Notes under the pieces: model-generated
Seen by the model: only the letters and a program-made list of their open reading frames with translations
What the model was told of the DNA's origin: nothing
Database searches by the model: none
Program-made: the position numbers and the translations under genes
Part shown: positions 19,191 through 28,947 of the stretch, piece by piece
Numbering within the stretch: the first letter of the stretch is position 1
Layout of the letters: each line of letters opens with the position of its first letter
NCBI GenBank assembly: GCA_031414595.1
Contig: JANNVX010000017.1
Location: 1-51,584, forward strand
Length of the DNA stretch: 51,584 bases
Direction of reading: 5' to 3'
Origin: Deinococcales bacterium
GTDB lineage: Bacteria; Deinococcota; Deinococci; Deinococcales; JAAFIG01

Positions 19191-20750
19191 CTACTCAAGT
19201 TTCCAGATACTATTCGGATCAAGACTGCGTTTTTTGGATTGGCTGCGTACACTATCTTTCCAGCCCAAGGCTTTTCTGGCTCGAGCCGTCAGTTGTTTCA
19301 AGGCACTGTCTGTTACCCCTGGGGTTTCATCTTTACTTTTTAAGCGTGGTGCAAAAAATTCGATGTAAATTTCTTCGAGTTGTACACTGCCACCTTTACC
19401 GAATAAGAATCGCAGAAAATCAAGTGTACCCGAAGATACTTCGCGTGGTACATCATCAAGTAAGAGATCGGTTTTTCGCAAAATTATGATTCGAGTTCCC
19501 ATCCACGATAATGGGGCTGGAATCTCGAGCGAACAATACTGGGCAAGACTCCAGAGTTCAGTCCAATATCGACTTTCTTCTCTTGTTAATCGGTGCTGCA
19601 TCGGAATTTTTAGTAGTAACTCGAGACAAGTGGCTTTGTTACCCAATTGCCGAGCAAGTTCAGCCGACAATAAATTTAAGAAATGCACATCCGCGCCTTG
19701 TAATTGCCTTGTTTGTTCCAATTGCTTGCCTGCTTTGGCAGACCGCCACTGCATTAAATCCAAGGCTGCTAACTCGAGCCGAGCAGGGCTTGGATTTAAG
19801 TTGTTTTTAGCCGCAAAACCTAATGCGGCTTTGAGGATTTCTTTGGCTTGAGTCTGATTACCAGATAAACGCAAAGTTCGTCCTAGATTGGTTAGCACCT
19901 CGAGTTTTACCACTGGGTATGGACTGCGTTCAAAAGCTCGGTTGTACAAAGAAACCGCTTCTTGCCACTCACCCCGAAGCCGATACGAGGCAGCTAGGGA
20001 TTTTATAAAATCTGGGTGTTGCTTAGAAAAATTTGTGTGCCGTGTACGACGCTCTGCATTCTCGAGAAAAGTATGGGCTTTGGGGTCGCATTGCAAAAGG
20101 TAGGTTAAACCAATGTTGCTTTCAGCATAAGCGTGATTCAAAGGATCATTTATCAGTAACTGACTTGCTTCTTGATAGGTACTGATGGCTTGGTCATAGG
20201 CTTCTTGCAAGTAATAACAATTACCAAGAAGCAAAAGTTGAATCCCGAGCATCCGATCCGCCAGCCATTTGTGCATTTCCAAAAAAGCCTCTAGCCAATC
20301 TGGTTGATTTAAGGCAAAACGCATGATTCCAAGTCTTGACCATGCTATCCCTAAATCTTGTCCAGTTAAATGCTGCATGGCTGGTATTAAAAGCTGGATT
20401 CCACTTTCGGTTCTTGCAGTTTTATGTAAGCAAATGGCAAGTTCAACTTCTAAAAATGCTTTTGTTTGTCCAGAATGATAAATGGCGCTGGTAACAATAA
20501 AGTCTTCGGCATTCTCAAATTGTCCCGAGCCGATTAAAGCACGAACGTAAGTTTTTACAAAAGCTGGTTCATGCTGCAAAGATTCTTGAGCAATAGATTG
20601 CAGCATGATTTCTTGGAGGCTTTTCCAATCTTCAAAACGATGAACCAGATAACAAGCTCGAGCTATTAACTGACGCGCAACTTCGGTGTTTCCTGTCTGC
20701 ATCAGTAAAGCCAGATTTGCAAAGATGTGTTTGAGCTTAAGTTTTGCCAT
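19191..20750 (-). CDS. TPR-repeat protein with probable C-terminal winged-helix DNA-binding domain
   Basis: TPR-like LGNCYY..AYDQAISTYQEA, NLGRTLRLSG; C-terminal ALKQLTARARKALG. Confidence 0.75.
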   Translation of the reverse strand: MAKLKLKHIFANLALLMQTGNTEVARQLIARACYLVHRFEDWKSLQEIMLQSIAQESLQHEPAFVKTYVRALIGSGQFENAEDFIVTSAIYHSGQTKAFLEVELAICLHKTARTESGIQLLIPAMQHLTGQDLGIAWSRLGIMRFALNQPDWLEAFLEMHKWLADRMLGIQLLLLGNCYYLQEAYDQAISTYQEASQLLINDPLNHAYAESNIGLTYLLQCDPKAHTFLENAERRTRHTNFSKQHPDFIKSLAASYRLRGEWQEAVSLYNRAFERSPYPVVKLEVLTNLGRTLRLSGNQTQAKEILKAALGFAAKNNLNPSPARLELAALDLMQWRSAKAGKQLEQTRQLQGADVHFLNLLSAELARQLGNKATCLELLLKIPMQHRLTREESRYWTELWSLAQYCSLEIPAPLSWMGTRIIILRKTDLLLDDVPREVSSGTLDFLRFLFGKGGSVQLEEIYIEFFAPRLKSKDETPGVTDSALKQLTARARKALGWKDSVRSQSKKRSLDPNSIWKLE

Positions 20751-20788
20751 TCACATGAGTTTACCATTGCAGTCAGACAAAAGTAGGC

Positions 20789-20968
20789 TTAGCAAACCAT
20801 TCCACCTGGGCAATCACCAACCAATCTAAAGATGCTTGGTTGCGGTTTATTGGCTTGCTCGAGCCGGTGCAGGCTGATTCCAATAAAAATAGCTTGTCCA
20901 ACAATAATCAAAGTGGCAAGGGCTGCAATTCCAATCTTACGAAGGTCTTTTGGGGTAGAATTTAACAT
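20789..20968 (-). CDS. 59-aa secreted/TM peptide ending GDCPGGMVC (not in ORF track)
   Basis: AGGAGAAC RBS, ATG 20968, MLNSTPKDLRKIGIAALATLIIVGQAIFIGISLHRLEQANKPQPSIFRLVGDCPGGMVC*. Confidence 0.7.
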   Translation of the reverse strand: MLNSTPKDLRKIGIAALATLIIVGQAIFIGISLHRLEQANKPQPSIFRLVGDCPGGMVC

Positions 20969-21200
20969 AAGTTCTCCTATCTCGAGTCTTAAGGCTCGAG
21001 TTCAAATTGAGGGCTTTTAGGTGATGGGTGTAACACTTACTTCTCAGGGTGCGAGTTACGCCCATTTTGGTTTTGAATGCTTTTCCAGTATCGCCTCCTT
21101 TCTTGATTTAACATACCAAACCAAAAATTATCCAGTGCTTTGGCGTTATGTGTATAATTTTTCATAATGATTCATAACGTCCTACAAAGGTTTTTTGAAA

Positions 21201-22421
21201 ATGACTATTTTGAAATTCAGAATTTTTGGAGCGCAACTCTACTTGGAACTAGAAGATGGTGATCGAGAAACCAAGCAATCTTGGGATCTAAAAATTCAAG
21301 CCGCTCAGTTCATCGGACTTTTGGCATGGAAACAGTATATCGAAGTCGTTCGCCCCGCCTTTGTGACCACAGACCGGCTTGGCAGTTTAGAAGCATTTGG
21401 AGATTCTGGGATAAAACCCAACAATATCGGCAATTTACTTAATAGCCCAAATCTCAGGGTTTTTAAGGAACGAGACTTGATTGTTGCCGAAAGTGGTAAA
21501 ATAACCATTGGTGCTTGGGGCTTTCGCCACAGAGTAAAAGTCGAACTCGAGAATCCAGATGATTTTGCCAAGCATTTTGCATTGCCAGTTGAAAGAAGTA
21601 TTACTGCTTTTGACTGGCAAGTTGGGAAATTAGCTGCCGCCCAGAGTCAACTCGAGGCTGGGTTATTGATTGGTGCTTTGAGTACCCTTGAAGGTGAATT
21701 GTCCAATGAGGCGCAGTTGTTACGAGCAACTGCTCTTTTGAATCAAAATTGGCTATCGGAAGCCGATGTTATTTTGGATTGGCTCTTAAAAAAACGCCAG
21801 CTATTGCCTCCCAAGCTCCATGATGCAATCCATTTGCAATTTGGACGCAGTGCTTTGAAGCATCGGCAATTTGCCCAAGCTAGAAAATTTGCTCTGACTA
21901 TTAAAAATTCATCCGATGCTTTGATTATGGCTCATGCACATTTACTTTTAGGGTGCGTTGAACTCGCTGAGAACAAACTCGAGAATGCTATTCTCGAGTT
22001 TCGATTGGCACTTCATAGATTTTCAAGTGCCTATTGGTGGTGGGGTGTACTAGCCTGTCAAATCAATTTGGCTCGAGCTTTTTTGTACTGCCAAGATTAC
22101 CCAAATACCAGAGCATGGTTATCTTTGGCACAGTTGACCAGTTTACCAATGGATCAGGTGGTCAAAGCCGAGGTCTTAGAATTATCCCGTGAGCTTGCAT
22201 TGGCTCAGCCAGAATTGGTTTTTGAAGCGCCATTCTTCTCAAGTGGGTCGGTCAGAAATGAATTAAATTTACGACTTGAGATGATAAAAAATACAGACAA
22301 AGAAGAGGCAGCTTTGGCGCATCAAGAACTGATTGATATTCTTGACCATGCAATCAATGCAGTACAACAAGCCGATGGGTTACTCGTACAACAAGCCGAT
22401 GGGTTACTCGAGAAACCATGA
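21201..22421 (+). CDS. TPR-like helical repeat protein (possible regulator)
   Basis: AHAHLLLGCVELAENKLENAILEFRLAL, ACQINLARAF TPR-like segments. Confidence 0.6.
   Translation: MTILKFRIFGAQLYLELEDGDRETKQSWDLKIQAAQFIGLLAWKQYIEVVRPAFVTTDRLGSLEAFGDSGIKPNNIGNLLNSPNLRVFKERDLIVAESGKITIGAWGFRHRVKVELENPDDFAKHFALPVERSITAFDWQVGKLAAAQSQLEAGLLIGALSTLEGELSNEAQLLRATALLNQNWLSEADVILDWLLKKRQLLPPKLHDAIHLQFGRSALKHRQFAQARKFALTIKNSSDALIMAHAHLLLGCVELAENKLENAILEFRLALHRFSSAYWWWGVLACQINLARAFLYCQDYPNTRAWLSLAQLTSLPMDQVVKAEVLELSRELALAQPELVFEAPFFSSGSVRNELNLRLEMIKNTDKEEAALAHQELIDILDHAINAVQQADGLLVQQADGLLEKP
22362..22409 (+). repeat. Perfect 24-bp tandem duplication (VQQADGLL x2)
   Basis: GTACAACAAGCCGATGGGTTACTC twice. 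Confidence 0.95.
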
Positions 22422-23671
22422 ATCAATTGTTGGGAATCTATTTTTTGTTGCTGACCATTGGCTTTGGATTGTTGTTCCGAGCCGCTTGGAATCAACCTCA
22501 TACACTTTTACCCGCCAAAGGTTTTATTATCGCTTTGGCGTTTGCTGCTTTGTGGTCATTTGGAACGGCAGTTGAATTATTTCTATTGTGGTTTTCTGGA
22601 GAATCACAAGTTATTTTGGCACAGACAGGTTTTGTTTTACGAATGATTGGTTTTTATGGAGCAAGCATATCGTTGTATTTGTCAGCTTCGTTATTCGCAA
22701 ATCCGAAACCAAATACGAATCGGGTGATGTTTTTTACGCTTCCTTTGTGTTTTTTTATGGTTTTTTTGATTTTCCATCCTATTTTTAGGTGGCAAGGTCG
22801 GTCTCTGTTTGCGACCGATTTTACAGTACAGCGAACTATTTTGGAATTCGAGCGTTTAGTTTTTGAACCGCAAGTAATTTTAACCCTAAGTTTGGTCTAT
22901 GTGCTTTTCTTATTGGCAATTTCGATCACACCACTGGTTTTTAGTACGACTTCGCAAAAATCTTTTTGGCGAGATTCGGCGCTACTTATCAGTTCTGCAT
23001 GGAGTTTTCCTTTAGTGTTGATGTTTTTCTCTAAGGCTGGTGCGACAGGCTGGGATTTAGGTTCGAGTAGCTTAGCGGTTGCATTATTAGGCAATTGGTT
23101 GGCGTTTCGGCAGAATTTTTTTCTTGATAGTCCTGTCTTAGAAAATCAACGAATGCAGGAATTAGAACTATCACTCAATACTGCTACACAAAAAGCCCTG
23201 GAAGAAAAAGCCCAACAAGCAGAACTTGAAAAAGAACAAGCCTTCACAAAAATTTTTCAATTAGAACTCGAAAAGCACCTTGATCAAGTCACAGGTTTAC
23301 CAAATGCCTCGGCATTTACTCGAGACTGGAAGGCAATACAAGATTTTAGGACTGCTCGAGTGTTACTGGTTTTAGAATCCCAAAAACCAATTCTCGAGAC
23401 CAAAAATCTGTTGCCAAAAGTATTTCAGGAACGTGTTTACCATCTCGAGGAAAGACTTTTTTGTATTTGGCTCGAGATGATAAAAACAGAAGATGTGCAA
23501 GTTTTGGCACAAGAAATGAACTTAGGTCATGTTGGTTTGGCTTGTACCCTTAAACATCCACATTCGCGCTTGCTTGAATTTGCCAAAAAAAGTTTAGAAC
23601 GTGCTAAGGCAGAAGGCAGTATTGTTTCAAGCGAACCAAGTTACGAATTTTGGCAACGGGGTCTGGTCTAA
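22418..23671 (+). CDS. HisKA_7TM-like sensor fused to coiled coil and degenerate GGDEF-like domain
   Basis: 7 TM N-terminus (ALWSFGTAVEL), DQVTGLPNASAF GGDEF start motif, no GG(D/E)EF. Confidence 0.65.
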   Translation: MNQLLGIYFLLLTIGFGLLFRAAWNQPHTLLPAKGFIIALAFAALWSFGTAVELFLLWFSGESQVILAQTGFVLRMIGFYGASISLYLSASLFANPKPNTNRVMFFTLPLCFFMVFLIFHPIFRWQGRSLFATDFTVQRTILEFERLVFEPQVILTLSLVYVLFLLAISITPLVFSTTSQKSFWRDSALLISSAWSFPLVLMFFSKAGATGWDLGSSSLAVALLGNWLAFRQNFFLDSPVLENQRMQELELSLNTATQKALEEKAQQAELEKEQAFTKIFQLELEKHLDQVTGLPNASAFTRDWKAIQDFRTARVLLVLESQKPILETKNLLPKVFQERVYHLEERLFCIWLEMIKTEDVQVLAQEMNLGHVGLACTLKHPHSRLLEFAKKSLERAKAEGSIVSSEPSYEFWQRGLV

Positions 23672-23690
23672 AACGCGGTACGATGGGCGT

Positions 23691-24647
23691 ATGGTTTTAA
23701 TCACTGGCGCAACTGGTTTTATTGGCTCACATCTGGTGGATACACTACTGGCAAAAGGGCAACAAGTGCGGGTGCTGGCGCGTCCAAAAGGTGGTAAACC
23801 CAAGCCTCAAGAAAATTTGGAGGTTTTTGCTGCGCCCTTAACAACCGATGGTTTGTCTCGAGCCGCCGATGGATGCAGCGTGGTCTATCACCTCGCAGGA
23901 ATTACCAGAGCAAGTTCTGAAGCCGAATTTATGTGGGCAAACGCCGAAGGAACACGGGTAGCCGCCGTTGGCGCGGCTCAAGCTGGGGCAAGACTGGTCT
24001 ATGTCTCAAGTTTAGCGGCGGCGGGTACGGGAACAGTTGAACAACCGCGAAAAGTCAGCGATACCCCCGCACCAATTACAATGTACGGGCAGAGTAAACT
24101 AGGCGGCGAAATTCGGGTTTTAGAAACACCCAATCTAGAGTGGTGTATTTTGCGTCCACCGGGTGTTTATGGTCAGCGCGATAAAGATTTTTTATTTGCT
24201 TTTCAAGCTGCCAAGCGTGGTTTTTTTCCGATTCTGGGCAATCCCAAACGAGCCTATACACTGGTTTATGTACATGACTTAATCAATGCCATTATTGGCT
24301 GTGCAGAACACCCAAAGGCTGTTGGTAAAACGTATTTTGCTGGTCATGCTGTCCCCGTTTCGTACAGCACCATCCTCGAGACACTGGCAAGACTTTTTAA
24401 TAAGCCTTTTAACCCGATTTCCTTACCCAACGGTTTGCTCGAGGTCGCCGCCAATGCAGGTGAGCTTGGGCGGTTCTTTGGACAAGTCGGTTTAATCAAT
24501 AAGTCGCGCCAACGCGATTTACTTTCGCCCGGTTGGGTCTGTGATGTCAGTGCGATTGAATCGGAGTTGGGAGTGATGGCGCAAACAAATCTCGAGACTG
24601 GTTTTGCCAAGACCCTCGAGTGGTACAGGGTGAGTAGATTACTTTGA
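23691..24647 (+). CDS. NAD-dependent epimerase/dehydratase
   Basis: LITGATGFIGSHL, YGQSK, ILRPPGVYG. Confidence 0.93.
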   Translation: MVLITGATGFIGSHLVDTLLAKGQQVRVLARPKGGKPKPQENLEVFAAPLTTDGLSRAADGCSVVYHLAGITRASSEAEFMWANAEGTRVAAVGAAQAGARLVYVSSLAAAGTGTVEQPRKVSDTPAPITMYGQSKLGGEIRVLETPNLEWCILRPPGVYGQRDKDFLFAFQAAKRGFFPILGNPKRAYTLVYVHDLINAIIGCAEHPKAVGKTYFAGHAVPVSYSTILETLARLFNKPFNPISLPNGLLEVAANAGELGRFFGQVGLINKSRQRDLLSPGWVCDVSAIESELGVMAQTNLETGFAKTLEWYRVSRLL

Positions 24648-25175
24648 TGTGCCATTGGCAACATCTGTGACCAGATTTTCGAGTCGTATTTTGAGTTCGT
24701 TACTTAGGCTTTTTTTGTCGCGCCAGTCTTTGCCTGTCCAGTCTTGATTGGTGGCGTACACAAATCGCGGTGCAATCCAGACTCTAAAGTCGAGCATTAA
24801 ACTATTCATCATGCCTAATGCGCTCATGTAACTGTTTTTGCCACCTGCGGCGCAAATAAAACCTGCGATAGCGCCTTCAAGATAAGACCCGCCACATAAC
24901 TCGAGTAAGTTCTTAGCGGCGGCGTTACCATCGTAATTGTAAATGGGTATGGAGAAAATAAAGCGGTTATATTGCTGCATTTGGCTTTTAAGTTGTTGCA
25001 CTGTTGGGTCGTCCCAGGCTGCGTCTGTGCCAGCCAGTGGCAATGTGAATTGGCGTAGGTCAAGTAAATCTGCTTGGAGTTTCAAAGTTTTGGCTTGGTC
25101 AAGTGCTACTTGGGCGAGTTGTTGGGATTTACTGTCTGGGTTGAGGCTGGTGGCGATAATGAGAATTTTTGACAT
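24639..25175 (-). CDS. NADPH-dependent FMN reductase
   Basis: ILIIATSLNPDSKS, PIYNY..AAKNLLE; alternative start at 25262. Confidence 0.88.
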   Translation of the reverse strand: MSKILIIATSLNPDSKSQQLAQVALDQAKTLKLQADLLDLRQFTLPLAGTDAAWDDPTVQQLKSQMQQYNRFIFSIPIYNYDGNAAAKNLLELCGGSYLEGAIAGFICAAGGKNSYMSALGMMNSLMLDFRVWIAPRFVYATNQDWTGKDWRDKKSLSNELKIRLENLVTDVANGTSK

Positions 25176-25290
25176 GGTTGTTTCCTTTTTGTTCGAGGGA
25201 TGGTGAAATGCTGTTGGTGCGCGGCTGTGACGAAGGGTAAAGAACCGCATTGTTTGGCTCATAAATTCCTCTTTTGTTGAGTGTAGCAGA

Positions 25291-25331
25291 AATTTAATAA
25301 TAAAACAAGTATTTACTATTTTTAATAAATT
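25291..25331. promoter_or_regulatory. Imperfect palindrome between divergent genes (SufR-box-like)
   Basis: TAAAACAAG-N6-CTATTTTTA at 25301-25324, just upstream of the TATAAT -10 of the regulator. Confidence 0.5.
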
Positions 25332-25344
25332 GTATAATTCAACC

Positions 25345-25992
25345 ATGACTGAAAATCCAACCCTACAAAACCGCCCACCTGCTCAACGCACCATGCTCAA
25401 TGCCCTTAAAAAACGAGGTTCATTACAAACCGAAGAACTGGCTCAAATCGCCAACATCACCCTTTCAGGCACACGCCAACACCTGAACTTACTCGAGGAG
25501 GACGGTTTAATCAGCCATTATGAAATACGCAACGGACGCGGCAGACCAAAACACCAGTATCAACTCACCCCAGCCGCCGATGCACTCTACCCACGCACAT
25601 ATAGCGAACTGACCAATGAAATCCTTGATTACCTCGAGCCAGAAACCTTAGCGACCGTTTTTACTCGCCGACGCGAGCGCCGACTACAACAAGCCCAAAC
25701 CAGACTCGAACCATTAAAAACACTCCAGGCTCGAGTCCAAGAACTGGCACGAATTTTAGATGAAGATGGGTACTTAGCCGATGTAACACTCGAGGAAACT
25801 GGTTATAAAATTGTTGAGCATAATTGTGCGATTTTTGCAGTTGCCTTAAAGTACGGTCAAGCCTGTAGCAGCGAACTTGAGTTTATTCGGGCTGCACTGC
25901 CAGAAGCCGATGTGCAACGCGTAGCCCACATGGTTGCGGCGGGGCATGTCTGTGCTTATTTGGTGCAACCTAAACCTTCCAGAGTTTTGTAG
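25345..25992 (+). CDS. SufR-like HTH regulator with Cys ligands
   Basis: HTH + GRGRP, EHNCAIFAVA, ACSSELEF, terminal HVCAY. Confidence 0.8.
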   Translation: MTENPTLQNRPPAQRTMLNALKKRGSLQTEELAQIANITLSGTRQHLNLLEEDGLISHYEIRNGRGRPKHQYQLTPAADALYPRTYSELTNEILDYLEPETLATVFTRRRERRLQQAQTRLEPLKTLQARVQELARILDEDGYLADVTLEETGYKIVEHNCAIFAVALKYGQACSSELEFIRAALPEADVQRVAHMVAAGHVCAYLVQPKPSRVL

Positions 25993-26001
25993 ACTGTTCC
26001 C

Positions 26002-27078
26002 GTGCCAGAAATTCTTAATCTATTTGAACTCGAAGCTGCGGCTCGAGGGTCTTTATCGCCAATGGCATTTGATTATTATGTCTCTGGCGCGGATGATGAA
26101 ATCACACTGCTCGAGAATTTAGCAGCTTTTAAGCGTTTAGCACTGCATTATCGCGTACTGACAGGGGTAAATGAACGCAAGCTCGAGACTCTGTTATTTG
26201 GGCAGAACATCAGTTTTCCTGTGATTGTTGCACCAACGGCTTTTCAAAGATTAGCCCATCCAGACGGCGAACTTGCTACCGCCAAAGCAACCCATCAAGC
26301 GGGGACAATCATGACCCTCTCGACCATTGCCAGTGCCAGTTTAGAAGAGGTTCGTGCCAGCAGCCCAGAATTGCCATTGTGGTTTCAGGTCTATTTGTAC
26401 AAAGACCAAGCCCTCAATCTCGAGTTGTTGCGCCGTGCCGAGGCTGTGGGCGTGAAAGCCTTAGCATTAACGGTGGATACACCCGTCTGGGGGCGGCGTG
26501 AACGCGATATTCGCAACCAATTTAGTTTGCCAGACGGGATTCATTTGGGTAATTTAATGAGTGGCTTAGATTCTTTGCCCAAAGGTGCTGGTTCGGGTTT
26601 AAGTGCTTATGTCCACGAGATGTTTAAGCTCGACCTCAGTTTTGCCGACCTCGAGTGGCTACGAAACCACACCGATTTACCAATTTTGGTCAAAGGGATT
26701 TGTCATCCCGATGATGCACTTTTGTCGCTCGAGCATGGCGCAAATGGTATTTGGGTCTCGAATCATGGCGGCAGACAATTAGACACTTCCCCAGCCACAA
26801 TTAGTGTTTTACCTCGAGTCGCGGATGCAGTGGCAAACCGCGCTCCAATTATTTTAGATGGTGGGGTCAGACGCGGCACAGACGTGGTTAAAGCCTTGGC
26901 ACTTGGCGCAACTGCGGTGGCGATTGGCAGACCAGTTTTGTGGTCACTGGCAGTTGGTGGACAAGAAGCCGTAACCCATAGTCTCGAGTTATTGCGAGCC
27001 GAAATAGACACTGCCCTTGGCTTGTGTGGTTTTGAAAACCTCGACATCTCAAGAAATATCATTGGAGAACCCAGATGA
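26002..27078 (+). CDS. FMN-dependent alpha-hydroxy-acid oxidase (paralog 1)
   Basis: VAPTAF, LTVDTP, VSNHGGRQLD, DGGVRRGTD. Confidence 0.95.
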   Translation: MPEILNLFELEAAARGSLSPMAFDYYVSGADDEITLLENLAAFKRLALHYRVLTGVNERKLETLLFGQNISFPVIVAPTAFQRLAHPDGELATAKATHQAGTIMTLSTIASASLEEVRASSPELPLWFQVYLYKDQALNLELLRRAEAVGVKALALTVDTPVWGRRERDIRNQFSLPDGIHLGNLMSGLDSLPKGAGSGLSAYVHEMFKLDLSFADLEWLRNHTDLPILVKGICHPDDALLSLEHGANGIWVSNHGGRQLDTSPATISVLPRVADAVANRAPIILDGGVRRGTDVVKALALGATAVAIGRPVLWSLAVGGQEAVTHSLELLRAEIDTALGLCGFENLDISRNIIGEPR

Positions 27079-28127
27079 TTTTGAATTTACTAGAACTTGA
27101 AGCGGCAGCCAAAACAAAAATGTCACCAATGGCATTTGAGTATTATCTCGGTGGGGCAAATGACGAAATCACAGTGTTTGAAAACCGTGAAGCCTTTAAG
27201 CGTTTACTTTTGCATTACCGTGTCTTGACAGGCGTAGGAGAACGCAAGCTCGAGACCAGTTTATTTGGACAAAAAATTTCGATGCCAGTAATTGTTGCAC
27301 CAACGGCTTTTCATCGTCTGGCACATCCCGATGGTGAGCGTGCCACGGCACGAGCCGCCCAGCAAGCCGATACGATTATGACCGTATCAACCAGCAGCAG
27401 TGTCTCACTCGAAGATATTCGTGCCAGCAGCCCAGACACAAAGCTGTGGTTTCAGTTGTACCTTTTTCGGGATGTAGAAGCCAGTCTCGAGGTGCTGCGC
27501 CGCGCCGAAGCGATTGGGGTGAAAGCCCTTGTGCTGACAGTGGATACACCGATTTTAGGACGGCGCGAACGGGATATACGCCAAGGTTTTCATTTACCTG
27601 ACGGGATTCAAATGGCAAATTTTAAGACCGATTTGCCTAAAAGTGAAGGCTCGAGTCTGAATGCCCACACCCATCAGAATTTTAAGATGAATCTGAGTTA
27701 CGCTGACCTTGCTTGGCTTCGTAACCAAACCGATTTACCGATTTTGGTCAAAGGGATTTGTCATCCAGAAGATGCCATAAAATCCCTCGAGTACGGCGCG
27801 AATGGCATTTGGGTTTCTAACCACGGTGGCAGACAACTCGACACTTCTCCAGCCACCATCAGCATTTTGCCTCGAGTGGCGGATGCTGTTGCTGGGCAAG
27901 TGCCAATTATTTTAGATGGTGGTGTGCGGCGCGGCACAGATGTGGTTAAAGCCCTTGCGCTTGGGGCAAATGCGGTGGCGCTTGGCAGACCGATTTTGTG
28001 GTCATTAGCAGTTGGTGGGCAAGAAGCCGTAACCCATAGTCTCGAGTTACTGCGGGCAGAACTGGATTCGGCACTTGGTTTATGTGGTTATGCCGATTTG
28101 CATCTACCAAAAGCATTATTAGGGTGA
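27075..28127 (+). CDS. FMN-dependent alpha-hydroxy-acid oxidase (paralog 2)
   Basis: Same motifs; highly similar to the upstream gene. Confidence 0.95.
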   Translation: MILNLLELEAAAKTKMSPMAFEYYLGGANDEITVFENREAFKRLLLHYRVLTGVGERKLETSLFGQKISMPVIVAPTAFHRLAHPDGERATARAAQQADTIMTVSTSSSVSLEDIRASSPDTKLWFQLYLFRDVEASLEVLRRAEAIGVKALVLTVDTPILGRRERDIRQGFHLPDGIQMANFKTDLPKSEGSSLNAHTHQNFKMNLSYADLAWLRNQTDLPILVKGICHPEDAIKSLEYGANGIWVSNHGGRQLDTSPATISILPRVADAVAGQVPIILDGGVRRGTDVVKALALGANAVALGRPILWSLAVGGQEAVTHSLELLRAELDSALGLCGYADLHLPKALLG

Positions 28128-28177
28128 AAATTAAAACCTCATTAAACCAAGCGACAGCGACATGTTAAACTTTTGGC

Positions 28178-28897
28178 ATGATTAAAGTCACCATTTGGAA
28201 CGAAGCCCGTCATGAGTACAAAAACGCTGTGGTTGCCAATATTTACCCCGAAGGAATTCACGGGGCTATCGCTAAAGCCTTTCCAGCCACCGATTTTATG
28301 GTGCGAACCGCTACCTTAGACCAACCCGAACATGGACTAAGCCAAGAAGTTCTCGACTCAACCGATGTGTTGTACTGGTGGGGGCATATGGCGCATTCTG
28401 AGGTCTCAGATGAAATCGTCGAGCGCGTCAAGGCTCGAGTCCTCGCGGGTATGGGGTTGGTGGTCTTGCACTCTGGGCATTTTAGTAAAATTTTTAAGAC
28501 CTTAATGGGAACAAGCTGCGACCTCAAATGGCGTGAAGCCAATGACCGCGAACGCATTTGGACTGTTGCCCCCGGACACCCTATCGCCAAGGGCTTACCA
28601 GAGTGCATTCTGCTCGAGACCGAAGAAATGTACGGCGAGCATTTTGATATTCCAGCCCCAGAAGAACTAATTTTTGTGTCGTGGTTTTCTGGCGGCGAGG
28701 TCTTCAGAAGTGGTTGCACTTACCGTCGTGGCGAAGGCAGAATCTTTTATTTCCGTCCCGGACACGAAACCTACCCGACCTATCACAATCCACAAATTCA
28801 TCAGGTCTTGGTTAATGCCGCACATTGGGCAGCCCCAAGCAAAGGCGCAACGCCAATCTATGGCAACGCCAAGCCTTTAGAAGCACTGCCTGCATAA
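28178..28897 (+). CDS. thuA: ThuA-domain (trehalose utilization-like) protein
   Basis: [40 protein letters not shown]. Confidence 0.88.
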   Translation: MIKVTIWNEARHEYKNAVVANIYPEGIHGAIAKAFPATDFMVRTATLDQPEHGLSQEVLDSTDVLYWWGHMAHSEVSDEIVERVKARVLAGMGLVVLHSGHFSKIFKTLMGTSCDLKWREANDRERIWTVAPGHPIAKGLPECILLETEEMYGEHFDIPAPEELIFVSWFSGGEVFRSGCTYRRGEGRIFYFRPGHETYPTYHNPQIHQVLVNAAHWAAPSKGATPIYGNAKPLEALPA

Positions 28898-28947
28898 TTG
28901 TACGCCAATCAGATGTTCAATTCGTTTTTCCAGACTACAATTTTAGT

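Noticed and set aside
21056-21101. SD AAGGAGGCG followed by a CTG-started 10-aa ORF (minus)
   Set aside because: Non-canonical start and too short to support without translation data.
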